A DNA stretch of 49,785 bases from assembly GCF_001194135.2 (NCBI RefSeq), contig NC_068983.1, positions 56,110,330-56,160,114 of the forward strand, given 5' to 3'. Shown here piece by piece: positions 35,320 to 48,660 of this stretch (position 1 is the first letter of the stretch; each line of letters begins with the position of its first letter). The notes under the pieces were generated by a model that did no database searches, was not told the origin of the DNA, and saw only the letters and a list, made by a program, of their open reading frames with translations. A program made the position numbers and the translations under genes. This DNA is from Octopus bimaculoides. Its lineage: Eukaryota.

Positions 35320-37617
35320 GAATAAATGAAAAATCCATCATTAACATCAAAATCTACTTCAGTACATTTTATTTGATGGCATTTATTGAATTCCGTTTAA
35401 TGAATAAATTATTATAATGATCACTTGCTTATATATATATATATATATGCTCGAAATGTTAAAGACTTTTTCACTTCCCGAGCGTTATACTACTACATCT
35501 GTTTTTTTTTCTACACCACCTCTCTCGTCTTTTGTTTTTTTGTGAATTCTCCCTATATATATACATATATATNNNNNNNNNNNNNNNNNNNNNNNNNNNN
35601 NNNNNNNNNNNNNNNNNNNNNNNNNNNNNNNNNNNNNNNNNNNNNNNNNNNNNNNNATATATATATATATATATACATAAAGATGTACCACTGAGGGTTT
35701 CTGTTATTGGCATGATTGTCTGTTCAATACATTTACGCAAACACATTTTACACCGTCGTTGTTTCGAGATTCCTGTTATCACTTTTTGCTACGAAAATAA
35801 CTGCTTAAATGCAATAAATTCTGAAATAAATGACAGGGATATCTTTTTAACATTTCCATAGTCTAGACGACAAGTGAAAGAAGTAAATATAGCACATTTC
35901 CAATGTTGGTAGAATTTAAGAAAGAAAAACAACATTCAGTTATGCCTCTGGATATCTTCAGAGCAGAAATATTAATTTACGGTAAGTGTTCATTTACTTT
36001 GGAATATATACATGAACATTTCAAAAGCAATGGAATTTCGTTTGTAACAAATACAAAATGGTTTCTGAATAGACAAAACGTGTGACAGTGAATATATATT
36101 CCTAATATATATATATATATCATAATAGATATATATGCATATACATATATACACACACACACAGACGTAGTGGGAAAAACGTAGCACATTATTATGGTTC
36201 AGTAAAAATTTGCTTTACGAAACAAATACAAATCAATAAAAATATGACCATACCGCCCACATATGTAGAAGAAATTGCCATCTGAGTAATATCGAACGAT
36301 ATTGTGATTCTGTCTTTTAGCAAAATAGCTAGTCGCGGCATGAAAGTTCTCACATCCTCCGAATCACAGTTCTTCACTTGTCGATAGAACCTTAACTTGG
36401 GATTTATGAATGAACTATCTTCATGCAACACTTTGTACTCATCTTCCACTTCCTTTTCTATTCACACAGTAATTGATCGATGCTCTTTTAAAACCAACAT
36501 CATATTAAACAGGCTGAAGTTTTCATTTCCAAATTTCTTCCAGACTCCTGTTTTTCCTGTTTTTTTTTTCAAGGATAGGCGATCACCCCTCTATGTTCTT
36601 TATTGTTTCTGAGAGTTTATTACAATTGTCAAATATCCATCGCCTCATCATCGCTACAATTCGGTTTTGAGATTCAGATACTCGTAGTCTTTTCCCAGTC
36701 TTGTGTTGAAGGAAAAATCACTCTTTTTGGATTCTGTTGTTGCCAGCTCCTGGTGCTTGTGGTACCGAGGAACAGATGTTTTCATTTGCTCTCTTTTCTA
36801 CTTTAGGCATAAGGTCCGAAATTTTAGGAGACAGGGCCAGTCGATTAGATCGACCCCAATACGCAACTGATATTAATTTATCGACCCCCAAAGGGTGAAA
36901 GGCAAAGTCGACCTCGNNNNNNNNNNNNNNNNNNNNNNNNNNNNNNNNNNNNNNNNNNNNNNNNNNNNNNNNNNNNNNNNNNNNNNNNNNNNNNNNNNNN
37001 NNNNNNNNNNNNNNNNNNNNNNNNNNNNNNNNNNNNNNNNNNNNNNNNNNNNNNNNNNNNNNNNNNNNNNNNNNNNCCCGAAATTTTTGGGGAGGGGGCC
37101 AGTAGATTAGATCGACCCCCATTACGCAACTGGTACTTAATTTATCGACGCCGTAAGGATGAAAGCAAAGTCGACCTCGATGGAATTTGAACTCAGAACG
37201 TAAAGAAAGACGAAATACCTATTTCGTTATTGCCCACAAGGGGCTAAACATAGAGGGAACAAACAAGAACAGACGAACGAATTAAGTCGATTACATCGAC
37301 CCCAGTGCGTAACTGGTACTTAATTTATCGACCCCGAAAGGATGAAAGGCAAAGTTGACCTCGGCGGAATTTGAACTCAGAACTAACGGCAGACGAAATA
37401 CCGCTAAGCAATTCGCCTGGCATGCTAACGTTTCTGCCAGCTCACCGCCGCTAAGCATTTCTCCCCGCGCACTAACGTTTCTGCCAATTCGCTGCCTTTT
37501 CATTTGCTTTCGCTGAGGTTAATTTAGTAACTGATATCGTCGGTTCAGTGGAAATATCGGTAGCAGCAGCCATGGTTTTTATTCTTGGGACCTGCTGCTG
37601 TTTCTGCTTCTTATAGG

Positions 37618-37935
37618 AGAAGGCACATGATTTAGTGCGTAAGGTATTCGGCTCACGATCATAAGGTCGTGAGTTCAATTCCAGGCGACGCGTTGTGTCC
37701 TTGAGCAAGGCACTTTTTGTCACGTTGCTCCAGTTCATTCAGCTGGTAAAAATGAGTAGTACCTGTAATTCAAAGGACCAGCCTTGTCACATTGTGTGTC
37801 ACGGTGAATCTTCCTGAGAACTACGTCAAGGGTAAGCGTGTTTGTGTATTGCTCAGCCAATGACACGTTAATTTCACGTGCAGGCTGTTCCGTTAATCGG
37901 AACAACTGGAACACTTATCGCCAAAACCGACGGAG
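37618..37935 (+). mobile_element. tRNA-derived SINE family E, representative copy
   Basis: A/B-box-like head (tagtgcgtaagg...gagttcaattcc). Related copies at about 3700-3935 and 32100-32260. Confidence 0.55.
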
Positions 37936-40689
37936 TGCTAGTTGCTGTTCTGTGACTGTTTTTCCGATATTTTGGTTTAGTTTTTTTTTCATCTTTCTTG
38001 GACAGAAAACTTTCAGAAAACCATTTTCTATTACATTTCCGCAACTAAGCCTTCATCACTGCTCCACTAGTTATACTGACATTCTACCTCTCTGTTTTCC
38101 TCAAAGAAATACAGCTTTGAGAAAGCCTTCTGGACTTTGGGCGTCATTCGTACTTGAATATTTAGACTTCACTTGACAACGTATTGTCTCAATTCGCCTT
38201 CTTGTACTTCTACTTCTGAAATGGCCATGGTACCATGAAGATGCAAAATAATCGACTATAGTTCATGACTAGTAATTCATTATTATAATAATAAAAATTC
38301 TTTCTAATATAGGCACAAAGCCCGAAATTTGGCGGGGAGGGGCTAGTCGGTAACATCGGCTTCAGTGCTCAACTGGTACTTGATTTAAAGACCCCGAAGG
38401 GATCAAAGGTAAACTCGACCTCGGTGGCCTTTAAACTCAGAATATAATGTCGGAAGAAATGTCGCTAAGCATTTCGTCCGGCGTGCTAACGATTCTGACA
38501 GCTCACCACCTTAATACTACTACTACTACTACTACTACTAATAATAATAATAAATAATAACAACAACAACAACAACAACAATAGCAATAATGATTTATTT
38601 CTTTATTGTCCACAGTGGGCTAAACATAGAGGGAGCAAACAAGGATAGACAAAGGGATTAAATCGATTACATCGACCCCAATGCGTAACTGGTACTTATT
38701 TAATCGACTCCGAAAGGATGAAAGGCAAAGTTGAACCCCAACAGAATTTGAACTCAGAACGTAACGGCAGACGAAATACCGCTGAGAATTTCGCCCGGCG
38801 TGCCAACGATTCTGCCAGCAAACCAGGCCAGATATTCGAAAAGAGAGAAATAGTCAATTATATAAGCCCAAACATATGACTGGTACTTTATTTTATCAAC
38901 TCCAGGCGTATGAAAAACGAGACCGATCTCAGTTGGATTTGAACTAAATTCGTAATGAATCAAATGAAATATCCGACGACCCAATGATAAAAACTGAAAA
39001 TAACTTTGATGTCTTTTGCCTTACGGTCACCAGACAAACCAGAATTGGCAGTGAAGTTTTGCTTAAACCACTCCCCGTCGTTATTATGCCGGAGAAAAAT
39101 CTTAAAACACACCATATCCGAAAATAACCTTTTGTACTCTAGGGACAAGACCCTAAATTTTGAGGGACGGGGCCAGTCGACTAGATCGATGCAGTACGCA
39201 GCTGGTACTGAATTTATCGAACCCGAAAGGATGAAAGGCAAAGTCAACCCCAGCGGAATTTGGACTCAGAACGTAAATACAGACAAGATACCACTAAGCA
39301 TTTCGCCCGGCGTGCTAACGTTTCTGCCAGCCTGTCGCCATATCATATCCGAAAATAATACCACATATAAAGGCAAGGTATTGTAGCTGACTGAATTACT
39401 CTCAAAGTATAACTCGTGTGATTTGTTTTAAACGGCATTGTCTGAAATAGTGGGTCAGCCCTTTTTTCAGATAACTATTTTTCTTACGGACTCTAACTAA
39501 CAACTGAATAGAAATTTCACTGTTGAACATGAAATAATTTGTAAATGTAGAATTTAATGGAATCAATGAAAATTGAATATTATAAAATTTTAATTTCTCT
39601 TTTTTCCGTTTGTTTGTAGATGCATTTATCAAACTGTCTGTTGATATAGCTAAAGGCGGAGGAAGTTCAATTGATTAAACTATTCAGTGAAAAAATAATT
39701 AATAAAAATAGTAAAGAAACTAGTATTTTTATAGCCTTCGACTTTCAAATGTGCACCAGAAATGTTAACCACCTTGATCTCGCTGGTCTTGGCGGGTAGA
39801 CCTGCGAGGGCCATAAAAATAAGCCCTTCTTCCAGATCAAGTAAAATATTACAATGCTTGCATCTCTTATATTTATTTTATTTTGATATTAGCTTACTGA
39901 TATGGAAAGTATTTTCCAATCTTTGCTGTTTTGGTTTCGAGAAACTGCTGACAAAATCTAAATAATTTTCTTGTTGACAATTTTAAATAAAGCAAACTGC
40001 ATACGTATACATACGCAGTATAGAAAATTATGCTCATAAATAGTGAAGAAAAGAAACCACTATGTTTTAATAATTTAAATTCGTAAAATTTCTTTTAATA
40101 TTGTTTTCTCAGTCTTGCTTTTATGGTGAGTTTGTCGTTAATTTGTGGTAATTGCTTGCAGCAACTATTTGAAAGAGGAAACTGCAAGTAAAACAAAATG
40201 ATACAGAAATTGACTAAATACTGAGCGTTTATGTGTAATTGCGTATTTAAAAAGTAATGTCGATATATGTATACTTCTAAACATATGCATATTCAAATGT
40301 TGGTATTTGTATGCATGTAAATTTACACATGTGCAAAAATGACTGTGATTATGTGTGATATTTGAATTTATCTGTGTGTACAGTAATTAAAGTAAATATG
40401 TAATTTTATTCATATTATACCTGCAAATTTATGGATGTGTGTATGTTGTCTATGCATAATGCATGGTGTAAAAGATGCGTACAGTGCATTCACTTCTACA
40501 ACTGGCTATTCCAATAACAACACAAACCAAAATATTTTGAAAATTAATCATTAGCAGTTGACTTAAGCAAACCAGAAGTAAAATAAGAATACAAATAAAA
40601 AGAACAAAGATTAACTGTTTTGTACTTGTTGTAGTCTTAACCAGCATGATTACATCTCCATAAGTGTACAGGGATGATTCGGTACCAGC

Positions 40690-40900
40690 TTCACAAGCTA
40701 CAATTCATATTTGAAAAATATTATAGCCTACACTATTAAAAAGCAACTCTTATGCATATTTAATTCATATGTCCAAACTCAAACTGTAAACTGTGGATTT
40801 TAAATAAGCTTTCCATTTTAAGAACTGCAATAAACCATTGAATAATCAGTTAATCAAATTTCAACATGTTCAAATAGTATGCGATCCTATAAGCTTAAAT
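40690..40900 (+). mobile_element. Degenerate PLE endonuclease 3' fragment
   Basis: Aligns by eye with 42300-42490 (shared aaataagctt...ttaagaact.caata.accattgaataa...aaatttcaacatgtt). Confidence 0.5.
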
Positions 40901-41642
40901 ACCATTCAAGATAATCTGAAATTATTGAACAATTTTAAAATCATTAAACGATTCAGAAATAACAACACAGTATTGTAGCGACCTCACTTTGCTTATAATT
41001 CCCCGAGGTAGATTTTGTTTTAGAATAAATACAAATACTTAGTGGCTGTGACCATTTTGAGCACGGCGAAAAATACTGCTCCAAACTTTGTTCTGCTCTT
41101 GGTATTCGGAGAAGAGAACATTTTATACTGAAACTCTCATAGTTATCTTTTGCTATTTTATATATTAATCAGTGACAACAACTTCGCCGAACTCCCTTGC
41201 ATTTTTATATGAGGATGCCAAAGAGCTACAGTTCTTTCATCTCTGAGTTATTGCAGCATACAGGGAACTGTGTTTGGTGGTCTACATAGCTTTCTATGGC
41301 AAATGTGGATGCTAGCTTTTCTAAGTTCTAAATATAAATTATTAAGTACCTCTCCCTTGCACAATCATATATAGTTTAATAACAGAAAACGCAAGAAGAG
41401 GTCATCTGGTTTAATCTATCTTAATTAATTAATAATATTCTCTCGAATGGAAAAATATTTGCCATCTTGTAAGATCTATGAAGGACATAAATGTAGGAAC
41501 ATCTTCGATACAATTCCAATCAAAATCAATTAGCCAGCACTCACAAGCCTCGTTAATACCCTGTGATTCATTAATAATAAAAGCATTTCAATTATAAAAA
41601 AAACTCTAAAATTGTATTGCAATTAATCAAACTTATGCCCAA

Positions 41643-41807
41643 TCAATGGAAATCGGTAATGCCCGTGATGGCGTTGCCGCAGAAAATGGCCAGCGACACT
41701 TGCTACAGCAGCCACTCCGCTTCGTGGTGCTCATTTCTCAGACGGGCCGCCGTAATCCCTATTTTGCGGAGAAAATCGGCAGTCTCAACGGCAAGCGGTA
41801 CAAACTG
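41643..41807 (-). mobile_element. CRE-like non-LTR retrotransposon, restriction-like endonuclease C-terminal fragment
   Basis: Minus frame QFVPLAVETADFLRKIGITAARLRNEHHEAEWLL*QVSLAIFCGNAITGIT. The FVP.AVET and SLAI.RGNA motifs are typical of the CRE-clade endonuclease end. Confidence 0.65.
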
Positions 41808-41809
41808 AT

Positions 41810-42130
41810 TGAGGCCGGCCAGGCTCTGTATTTATTGATTTTTCTCTCCACCGCGTTACGAGTCCCGTGAGATGGAGCGGCTGCCGCAGTAAGTGTCACT
41901 GGCCATTCTCTGTGGCAACACCATCGCGGTCATTATCGTGAGGCGTGGCTGAACTAAGCAATTTGTTCTGGGGTATGTGACCCATCACCCATTACCCTCC
42001 ATCTTCCACTACTATAGCCTCCAGATTTCCTTTTCTTTCTTTTCTTTTATTGTCTCTCTTCTTTCCTTTTTCTTTGTATTTAAATGTTCTAATAAAATTA
42101 AGATACATTTACAAAAATAAATAAATAAAT
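41810..42130 (+). mobile_element. Second CRE-like 3' end with 3' UTR and A-rich tail
   Basis: SREMERLPQ*VSLAILCGNTIAVIIVRRG* (stop 41950-41952), followed by a UTR-like stretch, AATAAA and aaaaataaataaataaat. Confidence 0.6.
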
Positions 42131-42199
42131 ATGCAAAAAATAAGTGGCAATTGTCTCGAAAAATCGATTACCTATTCAGCCCACCAACAATATGAACAG

Positions 42200-42490
42200 C
42201 ATAGATTATAATAAGTTCATTGCAAATTCATTTAAACTTAGATATAACCAGCATACTTACAACTTCAGAAGTGTTCAGGAACGATTTGTTAAATGCCTCG
42301 CAAACTACATTTGGTATTTTGAAAAATATCATAAACTTAAGTATCAGAAAGTATCTTGTAGGTGCAATTAATCCTTTTATACACACGCAAACTGCAAACA
42401 ATGCATTTCAAATAAGCTTTTTACATTAAGAACTACAATAGACCATTGAATAACCAACGAAACAAATTTCAACATGTTTAAATATGTAGC
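42200..42490 (+). mobile_element. PLE GIY-YIG fragment
   Basis: ANSFKLRYNQHTYNFRS...CLANYIW resembles the PLE endonuclease segment FK.RY.NH..SFR...L..YIW. Confidence 0.6.
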
Positions 42491-45400
42491 CCTTGTAGCC
42501 TTGTACTCTTAGATACCCTCTAAGAACAAAGAATTGTATAGTGAAACTGTAAACCCCTCCCGGTAAAAAGTGGTAGTAGCCAGCCATTACAAATAGACCA
42601 GTAGCCGGTCGACAGGGGAAGGTCAGAAGGTCGAGAGTACGTGTAGACTGTGTTGATAGTCGTGTCTGTGCTGATATAGTAATCATACTGTGATACTGAG
42701 TGGACATTATAACGCTCCACCTTTTGAGGATAATAACACTGTATGATTGGTGATCGTACAGTGCCGGATAGAACCATTCTATCGACAACTTTGGAATATA
42801 ACAACATCTGTCAGAGCGACAACCGTCGTCAAAAGACAGATACAACAGTGGCAAACACTTTAGAACACTAAGGGAAATCTGAAATGAGTAAAAACTATCA
42901 AAATAATTTAACAATTCAGAAATGATAAGACATCATTGTTTATAGTTCTTAATTTCTTTTTGGAATAAATACAGATAACTATGTATGTATGTATGTATGT
43001 ATAAATATACACACAATATGTATAAAATAAAAGAAAATTTGTTGTGTATCTACGGTGGCTTTCTATAAAACCATAAACACAAAGACTTCAAATTCAAATA
43101 CCACCCCATTACATGAGCCAATGACAACTTTGAAATTTATCTTTGAAATACAACTATAAAATCTATATTAGTAATTCTGATAATATATTTTAATGTTTTG
43201 ATGTATAAAGTTAGAATCAAAAATGAATTTCTCCACGTTATCTGTCATGTGATAATAAAAGTTGTAATATATGTAATATTCAGCTAGTTAGTATAAAATA
43301 TATTACATATATATCCATATCTATATATATGTGTGTGTATGAATGTATACAATTACACAAACGTGTAAGATATACATTTGTGTAATATATAAATATGTAA
43401 TATATACACATATATGTGTAATATATACATATATATGTATACATGCATATGTATATATACACATAGATACATATATATATGGATACATACATATATGGAT
43501 ACATACATATTAAATTTATGGCTGAATATCACACATTAAAACTTTTATTATCACATGATGTAAGCTGTAATGTATGTAATGTTCAGCAATTAATATATAT
43601 AAAACACGTACGCGCGCGCACGCACTCATTTAACACATACGTTCTGTTACTGAGTCTTACATTTCAATGCATCACATATATGCGTACACACATACATAGA
43701 CACAACTACACACACACACACGCACACACACACACGCACACACACACACGCACTCAGTGCGTGTGTGTGTGTATTAATGTGCATTTATTCACGTATAGAT
43801 ATGCGTATGTGTGTGTGTATGTTCTCTTCTATTTTTAGTTAGGAGTTTTCCTGTAAAATATCTCTGGTCTTTAACAAAAATACAAAGCTCTATCTTTGGA
43901 TTGTATGATAACAAAATATATGTATGCTTTGTTAAACCAGGCCCCGTGTTTAAATCGTAGTTTTCAACAGCCTTGAATGATTAGGAACTAGGTTTATTAC
44001 ACTCTCATCAAAGATCGAGTCCAAGAGCATTTGGAGTTACCGAAAGCGACTAGAAAATACATTTAGAAAATGTAAAGAAATTTGTGCCGTTGCACAAATG
44101 TTGGTGACCAATGGCGACGTAAAACATAATAGAATATCATAAATATATTTACAGAAGGCGGTGAGCTGGCAGAAACGTTAGTACGCCAGGCGAACTGCTT
44201 AGCAGTATTTCGTCTGTCTTTACGTTCTGAGTTCAAATTCCGCCGAGGTCGACTTTGCCTTTCATCCTTTCGGAGTCGATTAAATAAGTATCAGTTACAC
44301 ACTGGGGTCGATATAATCGACTTAATCCGTTTGTCTGTCCTTGTTTGTCCCCTCTGTGTGTAGCCCCATGTGGGCAGTAAATAAATAAGAAACGTTAGCA
44401 CGCCGGGCGAAATGCTGTGCGGTGTTTCGTCTGTCTTTACGTTCTGAGTTCAAATTCCGCCGAAGTCGACTTTGCCTTACATCCCTTCGGGGTCGATAGA
44501 TTAAGTACCAATTGCGTACTGGAGTCGATCTAATCAACTGCTCCTACCTCTCCAAAAATTTCGGGCCTTGTGCCTAGAGTAGAAAAGAATAAATATATTT
44601 GCAGAGTTAGATAATCTATTGATACTTTCNNNNNNNNNNNNNNNNNNNNNNNNNNNNNNNNNNNNNNNNNNNNNNNNNNNNNNNNNNNNNNNNNNNNNNN
44701 NNNNNNNNNNNNNNNNNNNNNNNNNNNNNNNNNNNNNNNNNNNNNNNNNNNNNNNNNNNNNNNNNNNNNNNNNNNNNNNNNNNNNNNNNNNNNNNNNNNN
44801 NNNNNNNNNNNNNNNNNNNNNNNNNNNNNNNNNNNNNNNNNNNNNNNNNNNNNNNNNNNNNNNNNNNNNNNNNNNNNNNNNNNNNNNNNNNNNNNNNNNN
44901 NNNNNNNNNNNNNNNNNNNNNNNNNNNNNNNNNNNNNNNNNNNNNNNNNNATATATATATATATCTATATATATATATATATATAGTGCAATCAGAAGAT
45001 TGGAACGAAAATCGAAACGCCTAATTTCGTCTTTGAATAATAATAATCCTTTCTACTATAGGCACAAGGCCTGAAATTTGTGGGGAGAGGCTAAGTCGAT
45101 TACACCGACCCCGGTACTCGACTAATACTTAATTTATTAGCCCCGAAATATTGAAAGGCACAGTCGACCTCTGTAGAACTTGAACTCAGAACGTAGCAAC
45201 GAAAGAAATACCGCTAAGCATTTCGTCCGGCGTGCTAACGATTCTGCCAGCTCGCTGCCATGAATAGTTATAATAATGATGCAATATTAGGCAGTGACTC
45301 TCATGACAGCTGATCTTAGCTGCCTGGAAATGCTATTTACATTTTTTTGTACTGGTGTAAAAGATGGGCTGCAGCAAATATTCTGCTCAATACCACAGAT

Positions 45401-46071
45401 TTGCTTGTCAGTTGCTTGACCTTAACCAGTGGAGCACGTCCCTTAGCGGCAGGCGATATGCGTATTTCTGATAATGAGCAGAAGTAGTAGGGGGACATCA
45501 TAGCTGTGTGTTTGAGGGATTCTTTGGGGGTTTGAATAATTCACACCTGGAAGCATTGGTGTTTCGTTCAACTCATATTCGAGGAACATTTGAACGGGAT
45601 GGGATACTCGACCTGAAGAAAATTCTAACTGGGCTTCAACTACAAGTTCATGCGCTGCTCCCTCACTCATCATTGCGGTGCCAAAACAGTGCAAAAGCGA
45701 TGCAAATCGCATTGTGACTAACGATGTATAACAATATCCAATACTTTGGTCGATAATATGTTATATATATNNNNNNNNNNNNNNNNNNNNNNNNNNNNNN
45801 NNNNNNNNNNNNNNNNNNNNNNNNNNNNNNNNNNNNNNNNNNNNNNNNNNNNNNNNNNNNNNNNNNNNNNNNNNNNNNNNNNNNNNNNNNNNNNNNNNNN
45901 NNNNNNNNNNNNNNNNNNNNNNNNNNNNNNNNNNNNNNNNNNNNNNNNNNNNNNNNNNNNNNNNNNNNNNNNNNNNNNNNNNNNNNNNNNNNNNNNNNNN
46001 NNNNNNNNNNNNNNNNNNNNNNNNNNNNNNNNNNNNNNNNNNNNNNNNNNNNNNNNNATTAAAATAATATA

Positions 46072-46488
46072 TCTAATATATAAAACAGAGATGTCTGTGT
46101 ATTCGCTTTTCACGTGAAATCGACTTCACCAAATGCTTCCATACTTATGATGCATGAATAATTTGACCTCGGATAAATGTTAGGCTCTTCATTTGATCTT
46201 TTTTTTATTAAAAATAAATAATATTGCTTTATATTTAAGATTCACTTCTTTAAAAAGGTTCCTCAATGTCAACTTCCGGTATTGACGTAACAACGGCAAA
46301 AAGCTTCACTCTCTTCTTTGACGTTTTTCTACAAAATGCTTACATACTTGTGATGTAATGTCAACTTCCGGTATTGACGTAGCAACGGCAAAAAGCTTCA
46401 ATCTCTACAAATTTAAACATTCCGTACAAGAGCTTTTAGTTATACGACTTTTTCATTTCATGTTTATTTCATTCTTTCTTCGCAATAT

Positions 46489-46524
<36 letters not shown>

Positions 46525-47185
46525 CTTACAACACACAAACGCGCACGCGCACACACACGTGTGTTTTTGTAAATATGTTTGTATACATTTATGTATGTGT
46601 GTGTTTGTAAGAGACAGAGTGTGAGTGAGTCAAAGGGTGTGTTGTCATATGCATCCATCATTTTTGGATGTATGTGTGTGAGACAGAGTGAGAGAGCGGT
46701 GTGTAAGTAGTATTTACTGTCTCTCTCTCTCTCATACACACGCACACTCACACACAAAGATGTATGCATATTTATGCATGTACGTATACATGACAACAAA
46801 CATCTCACTCTCACTCTCTCTCTCTCTCCCTCTCTCTGTCACACATACACGTCCATTTCATCTGATGTGTGATACTCTGTGTGTGTGTGCGTGCGTGCAT
46901 GCGGGCGGGTGGGGTTCCACAATCGCTATTTATTTCAATTACTCTTGTGAGGATATTCACGTAAATCATTTTTTTCATTTAATCTCCATTTTAATTTTCG
47001 TAAAAGTTTCCAAGTACCAATGAGGCTTTTTGGTGCATCTTCAATTTTCCCATTCATGAGAGGCGCCCAGCCATCATTCATCTGAGAGTCCATCTACAGA
47101 ATATCCTCAAATTTCTATACAGCATATTTTGCTTTTTTTCTTCCAGTATATAAGCAACAATTTCATTCCCGGGCAACGGGAATAT
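46072..47185 (+). mobile_element. Possible non-autonomous Helitron-like element
   Basis: A|TC start (tctaatatataaaacagag), internal microsatellites and a GC hairpin ATTCCCG-GGCAA-CGGGAAT near the end. No clear CTRR terminus. Confidence 0.35.
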
Positions 47186-48453
47186 ATATACATGCTCCCG
47201 CACATACAGCTATATATGTATGTATGTATGCATTTATGTATGAATGTATGTATGTATGTATGCGTAAAATCTTCATAGCCTTGGTTTTTTATCTCATTCT
47301 GAAAAAGAATTTTTTATACATACACACGCTGATATACGACCAACGTTGGACTCCTTATTCGCATAATCACCGAACCTGGAGTTTAACTATGGTCTATCCG
47401 TAGCACTTACTCAGCATTACCTGACAACTTTGGGTCTTACTGACACCATTACCTTTCATAACCTCCTATATATATATATATATATATACTAAGGCATTTC
47501 TAAAGTGGACCTTATAGACGCAGAAGTGACTAAGCTAAAGAGAACTATTCACTGTTATTTCATTTTAGAAAATAAACAAAGCCAATAATATTTGTATCCC
47601 CTGAGAGCCTTGTTTTCGTATTCTTTTATTTATATGTTTAGCTATTTACTTTTAGTGTTTATTTTTCGTCTATTGACTCGTTAAAATGAACTTGAAAGGA
47701 AATACAGCAACAACAGTTTGTGTTCTCTGCTAATTTTATAACCAATTCCTCATAACATTAGTGTTACTGCTCATCTTTTTCTTTTTTTTGTTCCTTTTTT
47801 CATTACGTTCGTTTATTTTTTGTTTTATTATTATTTTACTTTGTTTTGTTAACCGCTTGGAAATCCTACATTTAAAATCTAAAATATCATTTAATGACGT
47901 AGAAAACTAATTGGAATATATTGTTTTCCCGAGCATTGGTGCCATTTGTTTTAGTTGAGACTCTCATATTGATCGTCGCTCTTCATTATGAAGTATTATT
48001 GGTTTGACGCAAAATACCAGACAGAGACCACTTGTTCGGGCGATCTGTTGTTCGCTTCTTGGTAACTTTATCACATTGTTTTATAAAACTAGACACGCGA
48101 CATTTTGATTTACTGAAACTTTGCTTTAGTATGGCTTCAATTGTTCTTTTATTTATTCATTCTTCAATTTACCACAGGGTAGAATCACATTAGTATCTCA
48201 GTTTTGAATAACCATTGACGTTTGTATATTTATGTATTTAATTTTACCCTATTGGTCATTGATAAGGTTTGGCGAAGACAAAACACTGCTTTTTTTGTGA
48301 CGATATTTCTCTTCTGGCTTTCATTTTTTTTGTACTTTCTTTTTTTATCTTTTTCTTACTTTACATTTTTTTATCTTTAGTTATTATATTCTTTTTCTCT
48401 TTCACTAATTATTTTTTCTTACCTCATCTATTTGTCTGTCTGTCTACACGTCG

Positions 48454-48521
<68 letters not shown>

Positions 48522-48660
48522 CAGTGCATCCTAAGTAAATCCTGAGATTTGAGACGTTGGTGTCGGTATAAGCATTCATGATAAACATAAAAGAAGAAGA
48601 AGAAGAAGAAGAAGAAGAAGAAGAAGAAGAAGAAGAAGAAGAAGAAGAAGAAGAAGAAGG

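Noticed and set aside
35862-35981. Candidate exon with cg|gtaagt donor (MLVEFKKEKQHSVMPLDIFRAEILIY)
   Set aside because: All three frames from the upstream acceptor have stops, there is no recognisable homology, and I found no partner exon.
36192-36570. Minus-strand frame KTGKTGVWKKF...MEDEYKVLHED as a hAT/BED transposase
   Set aside because: There is no CxxC...HxxxH zinc-finger pattern and the frame has stops. The resemblance is too weak.
41654-41938. GC-rich rod-like hairpin as a novel ncRNA gene or viral terminal repeat
   Set aside because: The symmetry is explained by two oppositely oriented copies of the same retrotransposon coding segment. It does not match SRP, RNase P or snRNA motifs that I recognise.
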